64,000 bases of DNA from Candidatus Ruthenibacterium avium (lineage in GTDB: Bacteria > Bacillota > Clostridia > Oscillospirales > Ruminococcaceae): the NCBI GenBank assembly GCA_019118905.1, contig DWYA01000077.1, positions 4,956 to 68,955 of the forward strand, in the 5' to 3' direction. Below are positions 1 to 8,302 of the stretch, one piece after another. The translations under genes and the position numbers were made by a program. Within the stretch, counting starts at the first letter, position 1; each line of letters begins with the position of its first letter. The notes under the pieces were generated by a model that made no database searches, was not told where the DNA came from, and saw only the letters and a program-made list of their open reading frames with translations.

Positions 1-186
1 CAGGTGCTTTTGTGCGTCGTCGTGGTTGCGCGCCAGCCGCGAATAGACTGAATATTGCAGCATCATAAACCCGTCTTTCAGCAGCGCTTTGCGAAACTGG
101 GCATAGTCGCGGCGCAGTTTTTTGGTGGTAACAGGCAAATCGAAAAAAATCAGCACTCTCATCCAACGGTCACCCATCCTGCTCAT
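1..186 (-). CDS. cas2: CRISPR-associated endoribonuclease Cas2, 3' end cut by the window edge (not in the ORF track)
   Basis: My translation from ATG 186 (alternative starts 177 and 162) is MSRMGDRWMRVLIFFDLPVTTKKLRRDYAQFRKALLKDGFMMLQYSVYSRLARNHDDAQKHL, open to base 1. It has the Cas2 motifs FDLP and GF.MLQYSVY and overlaps the cas1 stop. Confidence 0.93.
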   Translation of the reverse strand, partial: MSRMGDRWMRVLIFFDLPVTTKKLRRDYAQFRKALLKDGFMMLQYSVYSRLARNHDDAQKHL

Positions 187-1090
187 CCTCAAAGCACGGG
201 TCACTGCGCAGCAGCTCCGGCAGGCGCAACAGCCCGGCGTCCTGCCCCTGCACGGCGGCGGTAAAGCTTTTTACATACCAGTCGATGGCGTAGCGCACCC
301 GCATTTTTTTATTCTCGAACCGGATAACATGGTTCACCAGTGCAATCAGGCTGCTGCGGTTCGATTTCGTCAGCGTTTCAAATAATTCGTCACAATGACT
401 GTCCACCCAGTAATCCACCAGCGGGCGCAGCGGCTCCATCAAATCGTCCGCCAAATTAAAGGCGTTGCCGCGCCCCATGTGATGGATGCCCAGCGCGCAG
501 TTGTAGCCGTATGCCGCCAGCGTTTTGCACACCGCCGAGCGCAAAATGGTGTAGCCGTAGTTCAAAGCGGCGTTGGTAACGTCGTCATCGCCGCGCGTAA
601 AGCCTGCGCCGAACAAGGCGCGGAAGTGGCGCTTTGCCGCCTGTGCTTCGCGGTTGCCCTTGTCGCCGGGCAGTACCGCGGCGGCGAGGGCTTCCAGCTC
701 CTGCACTTTTTCGGTTTTCACATGGCAAAAGCGCAGGGCGCGTGCCTGATTTGTAATTTTTGCCTGTACAATGCGCTGCCAAACCAAGTCTTTCCATTCC
801 TGCGTCCAAGCCATTTGCGCCGAAAGCACGGCAAGCGGCTGGTAGTGTGCATTCAGGGGAAGCAGCTGGGCGGTGGGCACATGGCTCTCGTCACAAAACA
901 AAATGTGAACGCCCGCCTGTGCCAGCGTGGTAAGCACCGCCACGCTAAGCATGGCGCGGCGGTTATCAATCACCACGGAATACAAATCGCCCACCGGCAC
1001 ACGCGCTTCCTGTTCCTCGGAACAGACATACAGCCAGTTGTTTTGCAGGGTTATTTTTTCGCCGGCTTGTACAATAAGGGTGCGCCACAT
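170..1090 (-). CDS. cas1: Type II CRISPR-associated integrase Cas1
   Basis: 306 aa with NREAQAA, N..LNYGY.ILR and GIHH...NAFNLADDLMEP.RP motifs, so catalytic E/H/D appear present. Lies between cas9 and cas2; the start overlaps the cas9 3' end by 40 bp. Confidence 0.96.
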   Translation of the reverse strand: MWRTLIVQAGEKITLQNNWLYVCSEEQEARVPVGDLYSVVIDNRRAMLSVAVLTTLAQAGVHILFCDESHVPTAQLLPLNAHYQPLAVLSAQMAWTQEWKDLVWQRIVQAKITNQARALRFCHVKTEKVQELEALAAAVLPGDKGNREAQAAKRHFRALFGAGFTRGDDDVTNAALNYGYTILRSAVCKTLAAYGYNCALGIHHMGRGNAFNLADDLMEPLRPLVDYWVDSHCDELFETLTKSNRSSLIALVNHVIRFENKKMRVRYAIDWYVKSFTAAVQGQDAGLLRLPELLRSDPCFEDEQDG

Positions 1091-4000
1091 GCCACTTCAC
1101 CTCCCAGCCTGCCCAGCAGCGACACGGCGTATTTGCGCACAGTGTCTTTTTTGCCGATGCTCATGGCTTTTTTTCCATCAAAGGGTGCATTGCCCATGAT
1201 ATAGCAAAGTCGATTTTCGTTGATATTAAACACCGACTTATAAAACCCGCGGTATTTTTCCTCGCCGTTGCTTTTTGTTACAACAACATATTCATATGGG
1301 AACAGGTACATCACATGTGCGGCATAGTCTGCCGGGGGCGGCGTTTGAAGCACCAGCTTTTTGCCCTCTCGCTTCACGGCTGCTTTCATAATGCCGCGCA
1401 TTTGCAGCTCGCCTTTCTCGCTGCGGTATAGCTCCACACACCAGTATTCGCGCACATCCAGCGCGGTTTTTCCGCTTTCGGGCGTTTCCTTATAATACGG
1501 GTTGCGCCACTCGTCGCCCGTCAGGGTCACTTTGCGCACAATTCTGCCTTTTTGGGTGACAAATTCCGTTTTGCCCTGTGCCTTTAAAATCTCGCCCAGC
1601 GGGTCGTCCTCTTTTTTGCGCGGCAGGGCAAACGCGGCTTCCAGCGATTCGCGCAGGTCGGTGTCATCGGTGCAAAGCTTGTCCAGCTCCTTGGCTTTCA
1701 GGCTCAGCACGTCGCGGCGCTTCATTTCTACCGCGCCTTCCGGCGTTTGCTTTATCAGCAGGGCGTTTTGCGAAGTGACGGCGCCGCGGCAGCGTGTGGA
1801 CGTTTTATAGCTCACCAGCGGCGGCGACAACCGCGCCACAAAAGCCTCGTCGTGGTAAAAGTTGCGCAGCTGGTTGTAGTAGCGCTCCAACAGTTCGGCG
1901 CGTGTGGGAACGGGCGGCACTTCCTCGCCGTCCTTTTTGGCTTGCTTGGCGCAAAGCTCGGCTTCTTTCCGTGCGGCGTCCACGTCAAAAAAGCGCACGT
2001 CTACCTCCAGCCCCAGCGCCGGGTGCAGGGCGGTGCAGCCGTCTTTGCGGCACAAAATTTCCGTCGAAACGCGACGCGGCATGTGGTAATGGTCTTCCAG
2101 CGCGTTGATGCACTTTTCCATCGTTTGGTAATATTCCGGTGTTTTCTGCTTGCCTGCGGCGTAGTACATGCGGTTTAAGCGCAGTTTGTTTTCCATCAGC
2201 ATGGAGGTGGCAGGTGTGATATGTGCGATGACAACGGCATCCACTGCGTGGTGCAGCTGGGTTTCCGTGCGGGTGGCGTCCTTTTCGTCTTTGCCCCACG
2301 TCTGTTTGTTCAGCCATTGCCGCCGCAGGGAGGAGGTAAGCTGGCCTTTAACACCAAACACGGGCGTGCTGCGCGCACCGGGGGCAAATTGCAGCGTTTC
2401 GCTTAAATAGCGCACCAGATATTTTGTAATATAGCGCGTGTCGTTTAAATTGCGCGATTTCCACTCGGAAAGCAGCTCGGTGTTGTCCAAATTGGGCAAG
2501 GTTAAGTAGCGGTAGGTGCGCTCAGAAATCTGCTTGTGTTTCAGCATGTCATTAGCACGCACACGCAGGCGGTCGCACGCGGCGGCATCCAGATACATTA
2601 AAGGCACGGTTTGCCCCTTGCGGCGGTTTTCGTCGGTATACACCAGCGCTTTATTGTGAATGGTATCGTCCAAAATCAGCGAAAACGGCACAATGTGATC
2701 CACCTCAAACTCCTGACGGCGTGGGTTCAGCGCGGTGACTTTATCAATGGGCTTGTCGGAATACAGGCAGTGCCAGCCCTGCCGCTCGCCCAGCCGATAG
2801 CGCAGGCGCATTTCGCCCGTGACAGCAGTTGGCTCAATGCCCAGCAGCGCGGCAACGGTTTCGGTGATTTGCTGGTTGTTTTTTTCGTTTTCTTTCTGAC
2901 GGTTGTCAATATTTTGGCGTTCTTCAAAGCTGTTGCCCACTTCGCTTGCCACCTCTACATTGATGGCGTAGGGTGCTCCATAGGCTTGGATGACGGCATT
3001 GATAATTTTTCGCGTTTCGTTCAAGCTGCGCATAACGACAGCATTTTTGGCAAATTCGGCATCAGGCGAAAAGGCGGGAAGCAAGCGGTGTGTGCCGCCC
3101 TTTGCCATAATGGGGGCGTTGTCGAGTTTTGACTGGAAATGGCCATACAGCTCGCCGCCTTCAAATGCCGCAATCGCACCCTTCATATATTTTTCCGAAA
3201 CGGCAGCCGTGCCGGAAAAATTTTGCCCGGCAAGCTTGCGGATGGCGGCTTCATTCAGTTCCGGCACAGCCCGCAGCGCCCGCAGGCGGCGGCGCGGGGT
3301 GTGGTTTTCGCACACAATTTTGCTGATGCGGTTTAACAACGTGTCGGGCGCGGTGTAGTCCTCGCCGATGGCAGAAAGCCAGTCAATGCCGCACTCGTCC
3401 AGCAGCTTTTTCATCGGCTTTAAAAACTTGAGACATTTGCCAAGCGTTTCCTGCTTTCCGCTTTCTTTGGCTGTGGGCATATTGACCCCGGTATCGAATT
3501 TTTTTGCCAGTTTGGTGACATCGTTTTTTTTCAGTTCGCCTTGTTCCAATGCTTTTTGCAGCAAAGCGCGTGCCAGCTCGGGGGCAAGCGTTACCTCACC
3601 CGTTTCCAAATTGGTGTAGCAATACTGAGAAAGTACGTTCACTAATGAGTAAATGTCGGCAAGGGGAGAAGCGCGGAAGGCGCACGGTTCATCCCGGTAA
3701 TACCGGCAGTTGCCCAGCGTGTCCAAAAAGCCTTTGTATTTGCGCATGGGGTCGCCCGCTGTGCCGGGGCCGTCCTCAAAGTCGCGCTGGTTCAGCAAGA
3801 TTTCCTCTAAAATTTCGGCGTTCGTCATGGGGCTGGCAAGCGGCTCTTTCCCGGCGCGTTTTTTGACTGCCGGGTTGGGCGCGAGTAAAATGGGGTAAGT
3901 TTCGCCTTGCTTTTGCAAAAGCATTTGCACCTCTTTGCGCAGCAGGTCACGCCCTACCAAGCAGCGCTCGGTTACATAAGGGTGGTTGAGGTAAGCGCGC

Positions 4001-4557
4001 TGTTCGCCACCGGTGGGGCAGGCAAAAGCGGCGTCACGCAAAAACATTTCGGCGGCGGTGCGGTAGCCGCCCTGCTCCATCAGTCGGTTGACGCGGCTGA
4101 TGCCCGCCAGCTCTTGCTCGGCTTCCTCTTTTTCGGCTTTTGTCATATCCTCGGTATCGGTTTCAAAATAGTCCTGATAACCGCGGTGATTGCTGATATG
4201 AATGAGGCATGCTGCCAGCTCGCACGGGGAAAGCGGTTCGTCCAAGCCTTTGACACGCAGAGAAAGCGGGTCGGGATGAGGAGCTTCAAAGTAGCGGGAA
4301 AGCTCGTCCAGCGTTAAAAGCCCCATGCGCTGCAAATGCTGCTTCACACGCATTTTGCGGTGACTGCGCCGCCGAGTAACGCGGCGGGCGGCACGCTGTG
4401 CGCGGCGCTCCTGATTTTTATTGCATTTATCTTTGGGATTTTCCGAGGAGTCGAACAGGCGCACGCCAAAATCTTCAATCCAGTGTTCCCCCTCATTTTG
4501 AACCACTGCCCAACCTACCGAGCCAATGCCAATATCTAAACCAAGCGTGTACTTCAT
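1051..4557 (-). CDS. cas9: Cas9, compact class (1168 aa); subtype II-C versus small II-A cannot be resolved in this window
   Basis: RuvC-I LGLDIGIGSVGWA, Arg-rich bridge helix RRAQRAARRVTRRR, RuvC-II NVEVASE, HNH EVDHIVP..HNKAL...NRRKG, RuvC-III HHAVDA. All catalytic residues appear intact. Confidence 0.97.
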   Translation of the reverse strand: MKYTLGLDIGIGSVGWAVVQNEGEHWIEDFGVRLFDSSENPKDKCNKNQERRAQRAARRVTRRRSHRKMRVKQHLQRMGLLTLDELSRYFEAPHPDPLSLRVKGLDEPLSPCELAACLIHISNHRGYQDYFETDTEDMTKAEKEEAEQELAGISRVNRLMEQGGYRTAAEMFLRDAAFACPTGGEQRAYLNHPYVTERCLVGRDLLRKEVQMLLQKQGETYPILLAPNPAVKKRAGKEPLASPMTNAEILEEILLNQRDFEDGPGTAGDPMRKYKGFLDTLGNCRYYRDEPCAFRASPLADIYSLVNVLSQYCYTNLETGEVTLAPELARALLQKALEQGELKKNDVTKLAKKFDTGVNMPTAKESGKQETLGKCLKFLKPMKKLLDECGIDWLSAIGEDYTAPDTLLNRISKIVCENHTPRRRLRALRAVPELNEAAIRKLAGQNFSGTAAVSEKYMKGAIAAFEGGELYGHFQSKLDNAPIMAKGGTHRLLPAFSPDAEFAKNAVVMRSLNETRKIINAVIQAYGAPYAINVEVASEVGNSFEERQNIDNRQKENEKNNQQITETVAALLGIEPTAVTGEMRLRYRLGERQGWHCLYSDKPIDKVTALNPRRQEFEVDHIVPFSLILDDTIHNKALVYTDENRRKGQTVPLMYLDAAACDRLRVRANDMLKHKQISERTYRYLTLPNLDNTELLSEWKSRNLNDTRYITKYLVRYLSETLQFAPGARSTPVFGVKGQLTSSLRRQWLNKQTWGKDEKDATRTETQLHHAVDAVVIAHITPATSMLMENKLRLNRMYYAAGKQKTPEYYQTMEKCINALEDHYHMPRRVSTEILCRKDGCTALHPALGLEVDVRFFDVDAARKEAELCAKQAKKDGEEVPPVPTRAELLERYYNQLRNFYHDEAFVARLSPPLVSYKTSTRCRGAVTSQNALLIKQTPEGAVEMKRRDVLSLKAKELDKLCTDDTDLRESLEAAFALPRKKEDDPLGEILKAQGKTEFVTQKGRIVRKVTLTGDEWRNPYYKETPESGKTALDVREYWCVELYRSEKGELQMRGIMKAAVKREGKKLVLQTPPPADYAAHVMYLFPYEYVVVTKSNGEEKYRGFYKSVFNINENRLCYIMGNAPFDGKKAMSIGKKDTVRKYAVSLLGRLGGEVACGAPLLYKPAKK

Positions 4558-4575
4558 GTTTTTTCATCCTTTCTG

Positions 4576-4604
4576 TTGACCTTTCCAAAGAAATACGATA
4601 TAAT
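4576..4604 (+). promoter_or_regulatory. Sigma70/SigA promoter, divergent from cas9, probably driving the tracrRNA
   Basis: TTGACC (4576-4581), 17 bp, TATAAT (4599-4604). Points into the anti-repeat/tracr sequence. Confidence 0.8.
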
Positions 4605-4626
4605 ACCCCTAGAGTTCAGATTATGA

Positions 4627-4699
4627 TGTGTCGGTTTATCTATATCCATCAGAGAAACTTATTTTGAAAACTGTGTCAGTTTATCAATATCCATCAGAG
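4627..4699. repeat. Two direct 28-bp copies (26/28 identical) of the CRISPR anti-repeat, 45 bp apart
   Basis: tgtgtcggtttatctatatccatcagag (4627-4654) versus tgtgtcagtttatcaatatccatcagag (4672-4699). Confidence 0.92.
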
Positions 4700-4799
4700 T
4701 TCTGAGATAAGGCCGTTGTGCCGAAGGGTATGGTGGTAACCCGGCTTTTGCCGAACCCACTTTTTTGTTGTTTTTTTGCCGCGCTTTGCGCGGCTTTTT
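4673..4799 (+). ncRNA. tracrRNA (anti-repeat, nexus, 3' hairpins); a longer form could start near 4611
   Basis: 36-nt anti-repeat at 4673-4708 (reverse complement ATCTCAGAACTCTGATGGATATTGATAAACTGACAC, resembling the S. aureus repeat start GTTTTAGTACTCTG). Followed by AAGGC-cgttgt-GCCG, like the St1/Sa/Nme nexus, then GGGT/ACCC and GGC-TTTT-GCC stems and U tracts. Confidence 0.82.
4778..4799 (+). terminator. Intrinsic terminator ending the tracrRNA
   Basis: gccgcgc-ttt-gcgcggc followed by TTTTT; U tract on the plus strand only. Confidence 0.75.
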
Positions 4800-4911
4800 C
4801 TTTTGCTCCTATTTTTTTAAAGGAAAATATTTCCTGTTTTATTATACCAAATGAATTGTACGATAAAAACACCTGCAAATAAAACAATCAAAATTTGTGC
4901 ATTTACAACAA

Positions 4912-4943
4912 AAACCGTGGATGTCGTTTGACATCCACGGTTT
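4912..4943 (-). terminator. Intrinsic terminator after the galE-nucleotidyltransferase-nahK operon
   Basis: 14-bp stem aaaccgtggatgtc/gacatccacggttt with T-rich flanks. Confidence 0.75.
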
Positions 4944-4986
4944 GTTTCTGCCGCATACGCCGGTGGGCGCTGCGGACGATATTTTT

Positions 4987-6099
4987 TTAATATTTTGCTG
5001 CGATGGCTTTCATCTGCTCCCAGCAGTTTTCCATGTCGCTTACCAGCTTGAACTGGGTGCGGCAGCGGTCGAGGTTCTGGCCTTCGCGGTGTACGCGGAA
5101 ATAGTGGTCACCCTCGAGATAGTCGGTGAGGAAGCGGATGCCGCATTCCAGCGTCATCAGCTTAGCGCCCCAAGGCAGATATTCTTTCTCTGCGGGGGTC
5201 AATGCATCACCAGCGGCTTCCATGAAGCCTTTGGTGTAGATTTCATACAGCTCAATGTCGAAGTTTACCTTAGACAGGTCTTTCTCGTCCTCTGCGCTGT
5301 GGTTGGCACCAAAGCGGATGGAGTCGCCGTAGTCATTCAGTGCAAGGCCGGGCATAACGGTGTCGAGGTCGATGACGCAAATGCCGGTGCCGGTGGCTTT
5401 ATCCATCAAGATATTGTTCAGCTTGGTGTCGTTGTGAGTAACACGCAAGGGAAGCTTGCCGGCCTCCAGCAAATCCATCAGCACAGCGCAGTCTTTTTCA
5501 CGCGCCAGCACGAAGTCGATTTCCGCCTGCACGTCTTTTGCACGGCCACATGCATCGGCATCCAATGCCTTTTTAAAGTTGGCAAAACGGTTGCGTGTAT
5601 CGTGGAACTTGGCAATCGTTTCGTGCAGGGTAGAAGCGTCATAGCCGGAAAGCAAGCGCTGGAAATGGCCGAACGCTTTAGCGCTCTCATAGAACTGCTC
5701 GGGCTTTTCTACACTTTGCAGGCACACGGTTCCCTCAATGAAGGGATACACGCGCCAGCAGCCGCCCTCACTGTCACGATAGAAGTTTTTGCCTTCCTTG
5801 GTGCGCAGAACCGTCATGGTTTCGCGTGCGGCATCGCCGCCGTTTTTCTCAATGATGCTGCGCAGGTAATCGGTAACGCCCACAATGTTTTCCATCAGGC
5901 CATCAGGATCGGTGAAGGTATTGGTGTTGATGCGCTGGAGAATGTAGCGCACACAGTCGCCTTCTTCATTTTGTGTATAAACACAAAACGTGTCGTTGAT
6001 ATGTCCTTTTCCGTAGCGCACTGCGCCGACGATTTCGCCGCCGAAATCAAAGCCGGTTAAGGCTTGGGACAGAGTTTCTTCCGCTTTGCAAAGTGCCAT
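4987..6099 (-). CDS. nahK: N-acetylhexosamine 1-kinase-like phosphotransferase (APH/choline kinase fold)
   Basis: HNDTKLNNIL and VIDLDTVMPG motifs; sits in a GH112 locus. Start moved to ATG 6099 (MALCKAE) because of the GGAGG RBS; the ORF track starts at 6162. Confidence 0.75.
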   Translation of the reverse strand: MALCKAEETLSQALTGFDFGGEIVGAVRYGKGHINDTFCVYTQNEEGDCVRYILQRINTNTFTDPDGLMENIVGVTDYLRSIIEKNGGDAARETMTVLRTKEGKNFYRDSEGGCWRVYPFIEGTVCLQSVEKPEQFYESAKAFGHFQRLLSGYDASTLHETIAKFHDTRNRFANFKKALDADACGRAKDVQAEIDFVLAREKDCAVLMDLLEAGKLPLRVTHNDTKLNNILMDKATGTGICVIDLDTVMPGLALNDYGDSIRFGANHSAEDEKDLSKVNFDIELYEIYTKGFMEAAGDALTPAEKEYLPWGAKLMTLECGIRFLTDYLEGDHYFRVHREGQNLDRCRTQFKLVSDMENCWEQMKAIAAKY

Positions 6100-6103
6100 T
6101 TGC

Positions 6104-7027
6104 TTATGCCTCCCACAAGTTGTCCGGGTACAATCCGGCTTTTGTTTTCTCCGCGATGGCATTTACCACAACGGGCTTATCCTCTTTGTAAGTAACGCCA
6201 TACCATTTGTCGCCGCTGCGCAGTACGCGGACGTCGGCTTTACCTTCTTCAATCAGCTGGCTGACCACACTGGGCAGGAAGTACTCGCCCTTCAGCGGAT
6301 TTTTCACCAATGCTTCATCGAGGAATTTGGCAAAACGAGCCTGAGTCTCTTTCACAAAGCTCTCAGTGAAGCCCCACAGGTTCATGGAAACGATGCTGTC
6401 CGGGGAAACGTCGGTCCAAGTTGCGCCGTCGTCCTCAGTGAAGTGGATGCCGCCCTCATAAGTCTCAATTTTGGTGCGCTCGGTAACGCTGGCCAAAGTG
6501 CCGTCGTTATTCTCTACGCACACGCCGCGGGCAACGCTGCCGTGCTCGGTAACGGTGTTCTTGAGCAGATAGCCCACCATGGCGTAGCTGTATTTCTCGC
6601 CGTCCTCGTGAGTGGACAGGTAGTTGTAAATTTCGCGGAATGCCTCGGGGCCATAGTAGTCGTCGGCGTTGATAACGGCAAACGGTGCGTCAATCACATC
6701 GCGTGCAGCCAAGATAGCGTGGCTGGTGCCCCAGGGTTTGGTGCGGCCTTCCGGCACGGTGTAGCCTGCGGGAAGGTCTTCCAGCTGCTGATAAGCATAG
6801 CGCACGTCCATGATTTTGGAAAGACGGTCGCCGATGGCTTCTTTAAAAGCGTCCTCAATTTCGTGCTTGATGATGAACACGACAGTTTCAAAACCGGCGC
6901 GGCGTGCGTCGAAAATGGAATAGTCGATGATGATTTGGCCGTGGTTGCCCACCGGGTCAATTTGTTTCAATCCACCGTAGCGGCTGCCCATACCGGCTGC
7001 CATAACAACAAGAATCGGTTTTTTCAT
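6104..7027 (-). CDS. Sugar-phosphate nucleotidyltransferase (NTP-transferase, GT-A fold)
   Basis: N-terminal LVVMAAGMGSRYGGLKQ signature; PWGT.HA and VINADDYYG motifs. Confidence 0.85.
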   Translation of the reverse strand: MKKPILVVMAAGMGSRYGGLKQIDPVGNHGQIIIDYSIFDARRAGFETVVFIIKHEIEDAFKEAIGDRLSKIMDVRYAYQQLEDLPAGYTVPEGRTKPWGTSHAILAARDVIDAPFAVINADDYYGPEAFREIYNYLSTHEDGEKYSYAMVGYLLKNTVTEHGSVARGVCVENNDGTLASVTERTKIETYEGGIHFTEDDGATWTDVSPDSIVSMNLWGFTESFVKETQARFAKFLDEALVKNPLKGEYFLPSVVSQLIEEGKADVRVLRSGDKWYGVTYKEDKPVVVNAIAEKTKAGLYPDNLWEA

Positions 7028-7115
7028 ACGATAACCTCCGCATATTACCAGCGGCAGTGCAAAGCAAAGTACACTGCCGCTCTATTACGATTGAAAATAG
7101 ATAGCGAGTAACGGC

Positions 7116-8135
7116 TCAGCCTTTGTAGCCGTTGGGGTTCATGCTCTGCCATTTGTAGCTGGATGCGCACATCTCGTCGATGCCGTACTCAGCTTCCCAG
7201 CCCAGCTCTTCACGCGCTTTTGTAGGGTCGGCGTAGCACTCGGCAATATCGCCGGGACGGCGCGGGTCGATCACATAGGGCAGCTCTTTGCCGCAGGCTT
7301 TGGAGTATGCCTTGATGACATCCAAAACGCTGTAACCGTGGCCGGTGCCCAGGTTGCAGATGAACAGGCCGCAGTTGGTGGACAGCTTTTTCAGGGCTGC
7401 AACGTGGCCGCGAGCCAAATCAACAACATGGATATAGTCGCGCACGCCGGTGCCGTCGGGGGTGGGGTAGTCGTTGCCGAACACATGTACCTCTTTCAGC
7501 TTGCCGACAGCCACTTTTGCAATGTACGGCACGAGGTTGTTGGGAATGCCGTTGGGGTCCTCGCCAATCAGGCCGCTCTCATGTGCGCCAATCGGGTTGA
7601 AGTAACGCAGCAGGGCAACGTTCATGGTGGGGTCTGCCTTGCAGATATCCTTGAGCATATTTTCGTTCATGACCTTGGTAGCGCCGTACGGGTTTGTGGT
7701 AGCGCCAACAGGGAAGTCCTCACGGATGGGTACGCTGGCGGGGTCGCCGTACACCGTAGCGGAGGAGGAGAACACAAAGTTCTTCACGCCGTATTTTTTC
7801 ATGGCGTTCAGCACGTTCAATGCGCTGATGAGGTTGTTGCTGTAATATTCCAGCGGCTTCTGCACGCTTTCGCCCACGGCCTTGTAAGCGGCAAAGTGGA
7901 TGACCGCGTCAATTTCAGGATGGTCAGCAAACAGCTTGTCAACCGCAGGCTGGTCGCAAAGGTCGATGTTGATAAAGGGAACAGGCTTTCCGGCGATTTG
8001 CTCCACACGGTGCAGCGCTTCTTCACAGGAGTTGTAAAGGTTATCCGCTACGAGAATCTCATATCCGGCTTTCATCAACTCAATGCAGGTGTGGCTGCCG
8101 ATGTAGCCGGCGCCGCCGCTTACTAAAATAGACAT
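7116..8135 (-). CDS. galE: UDP-glucose/UDP-GlcNAc 4-epimerase
   Basis: GGAGYIGSH, FSSSATVYG, YGATK (YxxxK), LRYFNP.GAH and RDYIHV.DLA motifs. Confidence 0.95.
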   Translation of the reverse strand: MSILVSGGAGYIGSHTCIELMKAGYEILVADNLYNSCEEALHRVEQIAGKPVPFINIDLCDQPAVDKLFADHPEIDAVIHFAAYKAVGESVQKPLEYYSNNLISALNVLNAMKKYGVKNFVFSSSATVYGDPASVPIREDFPVGATTNPYGATKVMNENMLKDICKADPTMNVALLRYFNPIGAHESGLIGEDPNGIPNNLVPYIAKVAVGKLKEVHVFGNDYPTPDGTGVRDYIHVVDLARGHVAALKKLSTNCGLFICNLGTGHGYSVLDVIKAYSKACGKELPYVIDPRRPGDIAECYADPTKAREELGWEAEYGIDEMCASSYKWQSMNPNGYKG

Positions 8136-8302
8136 AGTGCATCATGCTCCTTTGCGTTGTTTCGTGTATAACGTCACGAACGAGATTTGCGTTCGTGCTC
8201 TTTCATTGTTTATTTTAAGAGTTTCTGCGCGATTATAAAATAGATTTTTTCGTATAATATTTGCACAATTATCCCCTAGGTGTCTAATCGTCCGCAAGAT
8301 GT

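Noticed and set aside
1051-4557. Catalytically dead or degraded Cas9
   Set aside because: RuvC D/E/H/D and HNH D-H/N/N residues are all present and the frame is uninterrupted.
4627-4708. Calling the duplicated anti-repeat a functional CRISPR array
   Set aside because: Only two good copies, a 17-nt gap far shorter than a type II spacer, and one copy is the tracr anti-repeat itself. Kept only as a possible regulatory element.
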